Assembly (NCBI GenBank): GCA_016861345.1
Contig: BOLD01000004.1
Span: forward strand, 146,177-210,176
DNA from: Oligoflexia bacterium
Lineage (GTDB): Bacteria > Bdellovibrionota > Bdellovibrionia > Bdellovibrionales > Bdellovibrionaceae
DNA: 64,000 nt
Direction of reading: 5' to 3'
Made by a program: the position numbers and the translations under genes. Shown one piece after another: positions 39,348 to 46,982 of the stretch. The notes beneath the pieces were generated by a model. The model did not search any database and was not told the DNA's origin. It saw only the letters and a list, made by a program, of their open reading frames with translations. Within the stretch, counting starts at the first letter, position 1. Every line of letters starts with the position of its first letter.

Positions 39348-39676
39348 GTGATCGTGGGTTTGGTCTGGTTCAGCACCTTTTCAACGTATTCTGCTGAACT
39401 AAGTTCCGCGCATACAGACTTCCACGAAACATTAGTGCGACAGACGCTTTTTAGCACAACGGAGTGAATGGAGTCGACATCTGCGCCATCTTGGATGCGA
39501 GCCATGATTGAGTTTTCAAGTTCAACCAGTTCGGCTTCAGCAAGCTCCAAGCGCTTTTTCTGAGCGTCATGGCTTCGACGCAAGCGCAGGACCTTTTCGA
39601 CCTCTTGGTTTGTTACGGTTGCCCCTTTAAGGGCTAAGCTTCCTTGGGTTCTCATAGGACCTCCGTTGGTTGACAT
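39317..39676 (-). CDS. Hypothetical protein upstream of and overlapping the resolvase
   Basis: A 119-aa ORF with a coiled-coil-like centre (KKRLELAEAELVELENSIMARI). It overlaps the resolvase start by 31 nt. Confidence 0.5.
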   Translation of the reverse strand: MSTNGGPMRTQGSLALKGATVTNQEVEKVLRLRRSHDAQKKRLELAEAELVELENSIMARIQDGADVDSIHSVVLKSVCRTNVSWKSVCAELSSAEYVEKVLNQTKPTITCRLLIKEAA

Positions 39677-39700
39677 TACAAATACAGCTTAACGCAATGC

Positions 39701-39738
39701 GTATTAATAATCAATACTAGGGTATTGAAAATCAATAT
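39701..39738. promoter_or_regulatory. Operator-like array of four alternating GTATTGA-type half-sites in a divergent intergenic region
   Basis: The half-sites are GTATTA (39701), CAATAC (39712), GTATTG (39722) and CAATAT (39733), at ~10-11-bp spacing. The central TCAATAC-TAGG-GTATTGA (39711-39728) has perfect 7-bp arms. Confidence 0.6.
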
Positions 39739-39759
39739 AACTGCCGATAACGTATAGGA

Positions 39760-39966
39760 ATGAGTCAGCCCAAGTTTCGACATCCAAAAGAGATGAGCAG
39801 TCGCAAGGATCGTGTGGCGCTTTCAACCCGCGTCCTAGATAAAACCAAGAGGCTTTTAGAGAAGGCGGCGGAAAAGCATAAAATTTCTCTCTCCGAACTC
39901 TGTTCAAACGTGTTGGACGAGTATGCGGAATGGCTCGAAAAAGAAGATGAGCAAAAGAAGAGGTAG
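39760..39966 (+). CDS. Ribbon-helix-helix (CopG/MetJ-like) protein
   Basis: 68 aa. RVALSTRVLDKTKRLLEKAAEKHKISLSELCSNVLDEY fits the strand-helix-helix layout. The tail is acidic. Confidence 0.65.
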   Translation: MSQPKFRHPKEMSSRKDRVALSTRVLDKTKRLLEKAAEKHKISLSELCSNVLDEYAEWLEKEDEQKKR

Positions 39967-39975
39967 GAAGGCGCG

Positions 39976-40815
39976 ATGTTCAACTTATTGATGTTCAACG
40001 TAGATTGGCCTTCGGGCAGAGTCAAAATCCCGATAGCACGGATGTTTGAGTACACTGAGTCCGAAATAGCCAATTCATTTCGGAACGGAAGCGACCTCTT
40101 GCTTGATCGTCTAATTTCTTTGCCTTGTCTTTTCTGTGTTGAGGGTGTGGCGGACGAAGTAGCTTATGTCGGCCAGATCAATCGAGCACGTGTCGTCGGT
40201 AAAGAAGTATCTCTAGAAGTCAGCTTTGACACTGACATACCGCCTCTCCATAACCGTATGATTCACGCAAATCGCACTGGATTAGACATGCCAGAAGAAT
40301 TCGAGTTTTCGCGGAATCATTGGGCCGTGAAGGACGTGGACCTTTACCGCTTCTTACTCCGAAATGTGCGTCCCCGCCGCCAACGCCCTGTCGTGTTCCA
40401 AATCTCCGAACACGAGAATATCGAACCGACTCTCGTATCAGCAATGATGCCGTTTGATGCGAGTTTCAACGAAGTTTATACGGCTATTCGTGAAGCTACT
40501 GAAAATGTAGGGCTGAAATGTAGAAGAGCCGATGATATTTGGGAAAACCCAGCGATCATCCAAGATGTCGTTTCTCTTATCGACCGCTCCCGTGTCATCG
40601 TTTGCGACTGCACTGGTCGCAATCCGAACGTGTTTTATGAGGCTGGCATTGCGCATACCCTTGGACGGGAAGTAATCCTAATTACTCAGAGTGAGCACGA
40701 CATCCCGTTTGATTTACGTCATCTTCGCTATGTCCGCTATCTCAACAATGGCGAAGGACGACGTGTGCTTGTTGCCGCCCTCCAAAGTAGGATGCAAACG
40801 ATCCTCGGACACTGA
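39976..40815 (+). CDS. Two-domain protein: unknown N-terminal domain plus a nucleoside-2-deoxyribosyltransferase/TIR-like Rossmannoid C-terminal domain
   Basis: AGGAAGG SD, with the start 9 nt after the RHH stop. The C-terminal half is VSAMMPFDASFNEVYTAIREA...RADDI...IIQDVVSLIDRSRVIVCDCTGRNPNVFYEAGIAHTLGREVILI. It shows the ...D-x-T/S-G...N-x-x-x-E-x-G-x-A-x-x-x-G-K/R-x-V pattern with Glu222 (nt 40639-40641). Confidence 0.6.
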   Translation: MFNLLMFNVDWPSGRVKIPIARMFEYTESEIANSFRNGSDLLLDRLISLPCLFCVEGVADEVAYVGQINRARVVGKEVSLEVSFDTDIPPLHNRMIHANRTGLDMPEEFEFSRNHWAVKDVDLYRFLLRNVRPRRQRPVVFQISEHENIEPTLVSAMMPFDASFNEVYTAIREATENVGLKCRRADDIWENPAIIQDVVSLIDRSRVIVCDCTGRNPNVFYEAGIAHTLGREVILITQSEHDIPFDLRHLRYVRYLNNGEGRRVLVAALQSRMQTILGH

Positions 40816-40983
40816 ATCCGGCTAAATAGCCGCCGCTCTGACACTTTAGGCTACCGGAGTTGGGAACCGGCAAATTCGGAACTGGCTGGGAACAACCTTA
40901 CACCCATACATGCACGCGATCAGCGCCACTCAAAAAACTGAATGAACATCGGGAACGACAATCTTCTAGTTAACGGAGGTTGT

Positions 40984-41268
40984 ATGAATCTGGTTAGTTT
41001 CTTTTCTGAGCACGGTGATAATGATCTTTTCTTTCTGGCCCGAAATGAGCGAAAGCCTCGATTGCGGGACATTGTTATTGAGGCCATGCGTTTGCTCGCC
41101 CGTGGGCCGCTGACAAAGCTGGAGCTTCAAAAGCTCGTCAAAATTCGCCGCAAGACATTCATTCGTTTGCTGGCCGGTTTGGTCCAAGCCGGTGTTGTAA
41201 TTCGCACGGGAACCGGCAAGCGCCGCGATCCGTTTCGCTATATGTTGGCTGACCACTATCGCGGCTAA
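40984..41268 (+). CDS. Small winged-helix protein (paralogue of ORF 29780-30301)
   Basis: GGAGG lies 4 nt before the ATG at 40984. LTKLELQKLVKIRRKTFIRLLAGLVQAGVVIRTGTGKRRDPFRYML shares the RRK...G-x-GK-x-x-DPF-x-Y signature with the other ORF. Confidence 0.6.
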   Translation: MNLVSFFSEHGDNDLFFLARNERKPRLRDIVIEAMRLLARGPLTKLELQKLVKIRRKTFIRLLAGLVQAGVVIRTGTGKRRDPFRYMLADHYRG

Positions 41269-41401
41269 TCCACTAACTGAAAACGGCTATCGGGGAAATA
41301 GCCCATATGGGTAGTAAACCCCCGTTGAGTTTTTCCGGTGAAGTCACTATGACCGACTCCCCAAAAATTTTTCTGGAAAAATTCTGGGAAAATAGAGGGT
41401 C

Positions 41402-41462
41402 GGGAACATGAATCGTAGGTTGGAATCAGAAAATGCTCCGATTCCAGCAACTGGGGCATTTT
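41402..41462 (+). repeat. Left copy of an imperfect direct repeat flanking the ImmA cassette
   Basis: It shares the exact 12-mer GGGAACATGAAT (41402-41413) with 43354-43365. Co-linear blocks follow: TGGAA, AGAAAAT, CTCCG, CCAGC, GCATTTT. Confidence 0.7.
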
Positions 41463-42555
41463 ACATCAAAGATAATTGCTCAGGGCTATTGGAGTCAGGA
41501 CTCAATATCAGAAGATCTTTAAGAGATTCAAAATCCTGTAGGTTAAGTCCTAAGTTTTCCGAACATTCTTTTCCAGACAATTCGTTCAAGCAGTTTTCTA
41601 TGATCTTAGGGGGATCGAAAGAAGGCTCTTCGGGCTCATTGCCTCTGTAAGCGTTAAGCAAAATGTTTGCGCGTCGATATGTCGGCTCAGACATGCAGTT
41701 AAGATCGAAAGCCCTTCGAATAAGTGCTGCTAAAGAAACTCCCCAACGTCGCTTCAGTCCGATGTAAGCATCCATGTTAAAGCGCCGAGGACATTCAGCC
41801 AGAAAAGCTTCTCTTGGTAACAGGAATGCGCTCGCAAATCTGTTTGCCTGTCTTTCTAATTCAAAGTCTCCCGCCGTAACATCATGGTGCATGAATAGGT
41901 GGCCAAGCTCGTGAGAGGCATCGAACTTAATTCTGGATGTTGAAGTCTTCGGAACCAGAAAAATTAAAGGTCTGCTTCCGTTCCAGACGGAAAAAGCGTC
42001 TACGCCCTTACAGTCCTCTGGAATGAATGAAACAAGGATGCCTTTGCTCTCCAAAACCTTCATCAGGTTTGGAATCGGACCGAGTCCCATATTCCACGAG
42101 CTTCTCACTCTGCCAGCTAGGCGCTCAATATCTTCATCGCTTCGCACCGTGGAAGGTTGAATAGAGCTAACTTGCTCCGCAGGTAAATCAAACTCTTCTT
42201 CAATCTGATTTATAAGCTCACATTGTATGGTGCCGAGAGCGAGAATTTTACGACGTTCTCTTTGGCTCGTACTTCTTAGACTTCTGAAATGACAAGCCTC
42301 TAAACGAATCACAGATGTCTGCAAAGGCTTACTGAAAAACGCCGGTTTAATACCCAAAGCAAGACTCATGTGCGCAATTGTCTTCGCATCAGGTCTGATG
42401 GTTTTATCTTCGAACTGAGTGATCGAACTGGGGGTCTTCCCAATTTTCTCCGCCAACTCAGCTTTAGTCATACCTCTCATCTCTCTCGCCAATGTTAAGC
42501 GAGTAGATACAAAGTTCTGCGAGATTAGAGATAAATCGAAATGGTTCATACTCAT
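41461..42555 (-). CDS. XRE-HTH / ImmA-IrrE (COG2856) zinc-metallopeptidase fusion protein
   Basis: The N-terminal HTH is LAREMRGMTKAELAEKIGKTPSSITQFEDKTIRP. The central HELGHLFMH is an HExxH motif in the context typical of ImmA/IrrE peptidases. Confidence 0.85.
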   Translation of the reverse strand: MSMNHFDLSLISQNFVSTRLTLAREMRGMTKAELAEKIGKTPSSITQFEDKTIRPDAKTIAHMSLALGIKPAFFSKPLQTSVIRLEACHFRSLRSTSQRERRKILALGTIQCELINQIEEEFDLPAEQVSSIQPSTVRSDEDIERLAGRVRSSWNMGLGPIPNLMKVLESKGILVSFIPEDCKGVDAFSVWNGSRPLIFLVPKTSTSRIKFDASHELGHLFMHHDVTAGDFELERQANRFASAFLLPREAFLAECPRRFNMDAYIGLKRRWGVSLAALIRRAFDLNCMSEPTYRRANILLNAYRGNEPEEPSFDPPKIIENCLNELSGKECSENLGLNLQDFESLKDLLILSPDSNSPEQLSLM

Positions 42556-43232
42556 AGAGTTTCAATCTTAGACTTGTCTTTCTTACGAGTCACCACAAAG
42601 TCAGGAACTTCAACTTCAGGATGCAGTTGTGCTGCTGTATCAGTGGCAAATCCGTCGGCCATAGTTTTCATATAAATCTGATGTGTGCGTTTCCATGATG
42701 AAATTCTACCGTTACTCACTTCGCCAGGAGCACACAGATACACGGCTTCAAGACCCGTTTCAGGATTTCCCAAATGAGCAATAACCCAATTCTTGATAAA
42801 TTCTTGCTCTTGATCTTCTGAATCGAAAATGGACTTACCAGTTTCAACATCTATCAGAAACGGTGTGTTGTTCTCTTCGGCCAACTTGGGAGCAGTGTTG
42901 GAATTGTGAGGGAAGCAACGTGAAATATCTTGAGACGCAAACTTGCCCACCCTGTAAGACGCGAATACGCGATTGTTGATGTGCATTCGAAATGTGAGAC
43001 CGTCGTAAATTTTTACGTCTTGATCCTCAACGTGCACGTTGTCTGCAAAAGACTCTTTATAGTTTTTCTTGGTGTAGAAATGGACGCCGTAACCGAAAAT
43101 GTTGGAGTTATCTCCGTCCTCTTCGTCGTATTTGCTTTGCGCTGTTAAATACGACTTTTGAAGTGCGGCAATAATAGCCGCTTGCTGATGTTCAGTGATA
43201 AGATCGTCCGGGACCTGATTGTTAGCAGACAC
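42552..43232 (-). CDS. Hypothetical protein translationally coupled to the HTH-ImmA gene
   Basis: A GTG start lies 4-5 nt after AGGAGG. The stop overlaps the downstream start (ATGA). The product is 226 aa with no motif I can name. Confidence 0.65.
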   Translation of the reverse strand: MSANNQVPDDLITEHQQAAIIAALQKSYLTAQSKYDEEDGDNSNIFGYGVHFYTKKNYKESFADNVHVEDQDVKIYDGLTFRMHINNRVFASYRVGKFASQDISRCFPHNSNTAPKLAEENNTPFLIDVETGKSIFDSEDQEQEFIKNWVIAHLGNPETGLEAVYLCAPGEVSNGRISSWKRTHQIYMKTMADGFATDTAAQLHPEVEVPDFVVTRKKDKSKIETL

Positions 43233-43353
43233 TTTCCCTCCTGCCGAAGTTATTATTTCATCGTTAATAATTAAGTGAAATTGTCATTCAATCAAGAATT
43301 TTTTAGTGAAATGATCGAAATAATTATTGATATTAAGCGTCATGGTGATGTTT

Positions 43354-43420
43354 GGGAACATGAATGACGAGCTGGAACTAGAAAATCTCCGGCAAAAGAC
43401 ACCAGCGGAACAAGCATTTT
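43354..43420 (+). repeat. Right copy of the imperfect direct repeat flanking the ImmA cassette
   Basis: See 41402-41462. It has the same 12-mer and the same order of shared blocks, with one 1-nt and one ~6-nt indel. Confidence 0.7.
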
Positions 43421-43580
43421 CAAAAAAAGGGGAACAAGAATAATTTTGAACAGATCCAGCAGCTTGACGTTCACGAAGCCCAAGAAATCGCTTCTGTTCT
43501 GAATTCGGCGACTTCTCTCCGCCACTTTGGGCTAAAGACCTTTCGTCGACTTTGCCTGAATTTTAAGCCACAATCTTTAA

Positions 43581-44972
43581 ATGGCAAAAACACGTACAGA
43601 ATCAGATACCTTTGGTGAAATCGCAGTTCCTTCTGAATATTATTGGGGCGCTCAAACGCAAAGATCCCTTATAAACTTTGCAGTTGGAACTGATTTGATG
43701 CCCCTTCCGCTTATTCGCGCCTTTGGGCATTTAAAAAAATCAGCGGCTATTGTGAATTGTGATTTAGGCCGATTGCCTCAAGATCTTTGTCAGCCAATTG
43801 TTCAGGCCTGTGATGAAATAATATCTGGAAAATTAGATCAGAACTTTCCTTTAGTTGTTTGGCAGACCGGCTCCGGAACGCAAACCAACATGAATGTGAA
43901 CGAGGTTATCTCAAATCGTGCGATCGAGATTTTGGGTGGAGTGATGGGATCAAAAAATCCAGTACATCCGAATGATCATGTGAACATGGGACAAAGCTCA
44001 AATGATTCATTTCCAACAGCCATGCATATTGCGGCTGTGATTGAAATCGAAGATTTACTCCTACCGGCCCTCAAGAGACTGCACACAGAATTAAAAAATA
44101 AAGAAAATGTGTTTTCAAAAATAATCAAAGTCGGTCGGACACATCTAATGGACGCAACGCCATTGACGTTGGGTCAGGAATTTTCTGGCTATCGAATGCA
44201 GGTTGAATTGGGAATTGAGAGAGTGGAGCAAACATTAGCCCGGCTAAAAAACCTTGCCCAAGGGGGAACTGCCGTTGGAACAGGACTTAACACACACCCT
44301 GAATTTGCGGATAGAGTGGCGAAAAAAATCAGCGAATTGACAGGAAAGAAATTTATTTCCGCTCCGAATAAATTTGAGGCCCTGGCTTCGCATGACGCGC
44401 TCGTTTTTGCTCACGGCGCTTTGAAAACTTTGGCTGCAAGTCTCATGAAGATCGCGAATGATATTCGCTGGCTGGGCAGTGGGCCGAGATGTGGGATTCA
44501 AGAGTTAATTCTTCCAGAAAATGAACCGGGCTCATCAATCATGCCTGGAAAGGTCAATCCAACTCAGAGCGAGTCGATGACAATGGTCTGTTGCCAAGTT
44601 TTTGGAAATGATGTTGCCATTAATATGGGTGGTGCAAACGGAAATTTTGAGCTGAATGTTTTTAAGCCGCTGATCATCTTTAATTTTTTACACTCAGTCA
44701 GATTGCTTACAGATAGTGTGAATGGCTTTGTTGACCACTGTCTTCTTGGCCTGAAAGCGAATGAAAAAAATATTGCGAAAAATTTAGATCAAACATTAAT
44801 GCTTGTCACTGCTTTAGCTCCGCATATCGGCTATGATAAGGCCGCAAAAATTGCAAAAAAAGCTCATGCTGACGGTACAAGCTTACTTGAAGCGGGGCTA
44901 CAGCTTGGCTTTGTCACAGAGACTCAGTTTAAGACTTGGGTTAAGCCAGAGGACATGCTTTCCCCATCTTAA
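43581..44972 (+). CDS. fumC: Class II fumarate hydratase
   Basis: Signature [13 protein letters not shown]. The 463 aa have fumarase/aspartase-family layout. Confidence 0.96.
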   Translation: MAKTRTESDTFGEIAVPSEYYWGAQTQRSLINFAVGTDLMPLPLIRAFGHLKKSAAIVNCDLGRLPQDLCQPIVQACDEIISGKLDQNFPLVVWQTGSGTQTNMNVNEVISNRAIEILGGVMGSKNPVHPNDHVNMGQSSNDSFPTAMHIAAVIEIEDLLLPALKRLHTELKNKENVFSKIIKVGRTHLMDATPLTLGQEFSGYRMQVELGIERVEQTLARLKNLAQGGTAVGTGLNTHPEFADRVAKKISELTGKKFISAPNKFEALASHDALVFAHGALKTLAASLMKIANDIRWLGSGPRCGIQELILPENEPGSSIMPGKVNPTQSESMTMVCCQVFGNDVAINMGGANGNFELNVFKPLIIFNFLHSVRLLTDSVNGFVDHCLLGLKANEKNIAKNLDQTLMLVTALAPHIGYDKAAKIAKKAHADGTSLLEAGLQLGFVTETQFKTWVKPEDMLSPS

Positions 44973-45256
44973 TGAACTTCGGACTCCCAATCTTGATCGT
45001 GCCCATGGAGCAAATCCTCTATATATTTTGCATCTGTAATTAATTTATCCAACGTTGCATTTACGTTTCCGCTTGGGTTGTAAAGCAGGTATCTCTGCAT
45101 TTCCCTAATCTTATTGTTGATGCTTTGATCATTCAGAGGGGCAAGCTCCTGTCGCAGGTGACTGAGATATCCATTTGCTTTGCGCATGAAATCTCCGTAA
45201 TCAAGTTCGAATGTTGTTGAAACGTCATGTACGAATTTTTCTGTATTTAAATTCAT
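44969..45256 (-). CDS. Small hypothetical protein
   Basis: A 95-aa ORF co-directional with rluD. Its end overlaps the fumC stop by 4 nt. Confidence 0.45.
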   Translation of the reverse strand: MNLNTEKFVHDVSTTFELDYGDFMRKANGYLSHLRQELAPLNDQSINNKIREMQRYLLYNPSGNVNATLDKLITDAKYIEDLLHGHDQDWESEVH

Positions 45257-45351
45257 CTGGCACCTTGCCTTGTTGTCTTAATCGACAGAATCTTAGCATA
45301 ATTTTTCCTGTGTCCTGGCGCCGCAGAAGTTAATTGTCGACCAAGAAATGA

Positions 45352-46356
45352 TTAAATCAAACCAAGCTTTATTAAGAGGGGCTTAAGATCCTCTGGCCAA
45401 TCAACAACAAAGTGCATCCATGCTTTAGTTGTAGGATGCTCAAAACCCAGCTCCGCAGCGTGAAGCGCAAAGCGTGGAAACTGACCGATTAGTTCCTGAT
45501 GAATTTTATTTTTTATTGAACCTATTTTTTTACCTGCGCCATAGGTCGAATCAGCTATGATCGGACATCCCATCTCAGAAAGGTGAATTCGAATTTGGTG
45601 AGTCCGCCCCGTTTCAAGTTTTAACTGTAGGTAAGACAGGCCGCTGTCTGTTCTTTTGAGAAACTTGTAATTTGTGACAGACCATTTGCCAATATCAGTT
45701 TGATATTTAGAATCTCGAACAATTTTTTTTTGCCGATCCCGAAGAGAGGCATATCGTTTTCGGTCAGTAGGGTGCCTCGCCAAAAAGCTTTCAATTTTTC
45801 CATTTGGCATTAGCGGAACACCAATACAGGCAGCGTAATATAGGCGATGCGAGGTTCTGTTTTTAAATTGTTGGGCAAGGTGTTCATGTGCAAAATCATT
45901 TTTCGCGATCACAAGGACACCACTTGTATCTCGATCAAGGCGATGAACTATCCCGGGTCTATTTTCTCCAAATTTCATCGAGAGATCTTTGGCGTGATGA
46001 ATAAGGGCGTTCACTAGAGTGTCGTCACCGTGGCCAGCGGCGGGGTGCACAACAAGACCAGCTGGCTTGTTGATAACAATGATATCCTGGTCTTCATGTA
46101 AAATATCGAGATGTAATTCAAATGGAGCAAGTGTTGTCGGCTTCTCCGGAGGCAATTCAATCGAAATGACATCATTAATGCGAAGTTTGTAGGAACTTTT
46201 TGCGATTTTACCATTTATTGTGACCAGACTTGAATCAATGAGATATTCGGCTCTTGATCTTGACCCAATTTCTGACAATTGCCCAAGGGCTTTGTCAAGA
46301 CGAAGCCCTTCCAATTCCTGACTCGCTGTAATTCGAAGAGTGTTATTTTTGTCCAA
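45352..46356 (-). CDS. rluD: RluA-family 23S rRNA pseudouridine synthase (RluD-like) with an S4 domain
   Basis: An N-terminal S4-like segment and the catalytic HRLDRDTSGVLV motif. Confidence 0.88.
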   Translation of the reverse strand: MDKNNTLRITASQELEGLRLDKALGQLSEIGSRSRAEYLIDSSLVTINGKIAKSSYKLRINDVISIELPPEKPTTLAPFELHLDILHEDQDIIVINKPAGLVVHPAAGHGDDTLVNALIHHAKDLSMKFGENRPGIVHRLDRDTSGVLVIAKNDFAHEHLAQQFKNRTSHRLYYAACIGVPLMPNGKIESFLARHPTDRKRYASLRDRQKKIVRDSKYQTDIGKWSVTNYKFLKRTDSGLSYLQLKLETGRTHQIRIHLSEMGCPIIADSTYGAGKKIGSIKNKIHQELIGQFPRFALHAAELGFEHPTTKAWMHFVVDWPEDLKPLLIKLGLI

Positions 46357-46975
46357 GCTTTTCTTTAAAAATTTTCATATAAGAGTCGCAGACTTTTTTT
46401 TCATCTAAGCCAAGGACTTTGGAAATTTGAGAGACGTACCCTCTGACAAAGACTGGAGCTGGAAGGTTTGTGGGATCTACATTTTCAATGGCATTAATGT
46501 AGTACGAGCTAACTTTTGTAATTTCGCTGATCTTTTCGAGAGAAAATTTCTTATACTCACGAACTTTTTTCAATTGGGCGCCATCCCACGAGGCGATCTC
46601 TTTTAGCTCTTTTTCGAAATCAGCATCAACTTTATATTCAACCTTGGCCGAGGTGACTTTCTTTGGAGATTCATTAAAGACAACTTTACTCTCAGTCTGT
46701 AGAGCCTCAAAAGAGAGGTCAAATTTTTTACCCACCTGGCCCACTTTTTCATCATAGAGCGCTCGAAGTGTTTTATTTCCAAGAACAGAGTAGGCTTCTT
46801 CAACAAGCTTGAGAAGCTCGCGCGCTTCTGCTTCTGTAAACATTGTGTAGATTGCGGGATTTCCACCGGAGTATGTTTGTCGCATTCGTTCATAGGCAGT
46901 GGTGATTTCGTGCTGTGGGCAATGCGGACTAATCTCTAAAATTTCGTAATAACTAAATTGTGAACCTGTCTCCAT
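46343..46975 (-). CDS. J-like domain protein lacking HPD, with a C-terminal RodZ-type HTH
   Basis: YYEILEISPHCPQHEITTAYERMRQTYSGGNP places SGG where J domains have HPD. The C-terminal LKKVREYKKFSLEKISEITKVSSYYINAIE resembles the RodZ/HTH_25 module. Confidence 0.7.
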   Translation of the reverse strand: METGSQFSYYEILEISPHCPQHEITTAYERMRQTYSGGNPAIYTMFTEAEARELLKLVEEAYSVLGNKTLRALYDEKVGQVGKKFDLSFEALQTESKVVFNESPKKVTSAKVEYKVDADFEKELKEIASWDGAQLKKVREYKKFSLEKISEITKVSSYYINAIENVDPTNLPAPVFVRGYVSQISKVLGLDEKKVCDSYMKIFKEKLGQK

Positions 46976-46982
46976 AAGTGCA

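Larger units (their letters stand above)
28189..43530. mobile_element. Integrative genomic island adjacent to tRNA-Ser (boundaries approximate, right end unresolved)
   Basis: A large serine recombinase abuts the tRNA. A second serine recombinase, many regulators and no housekeeping genes lie between core serS and core fumC. Spot G+C counts were higher inside than in the flanks. Confidence 0.65.

Noticed and set aside
41265-41459. A 64-aa minus-strand ORF, and its counterpart at 43340-43525 (61 aa), lying in the two direct repeats
   Set aside because: Their similarity simply reflects the nucleotide repeat. They have no SD, and one overlaps the end of the wHTH gene. They could be remnants of a disrupted gene, but there is no support for either as a functional CDS.
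43497-43525. GAATTCGGCGACTTCTCTCCGCCA, resembling the tRNA-Ser 3' end, considered as a possible attR or displaced tRNA remnant
   Set aside because: Only the 8-mer CTCCGCCA and a loose GA(A/G)TTCG match are shared. No T-arm can be folded, and serine recombinases do not need long direct repeats. I noted it as a weak lead only.
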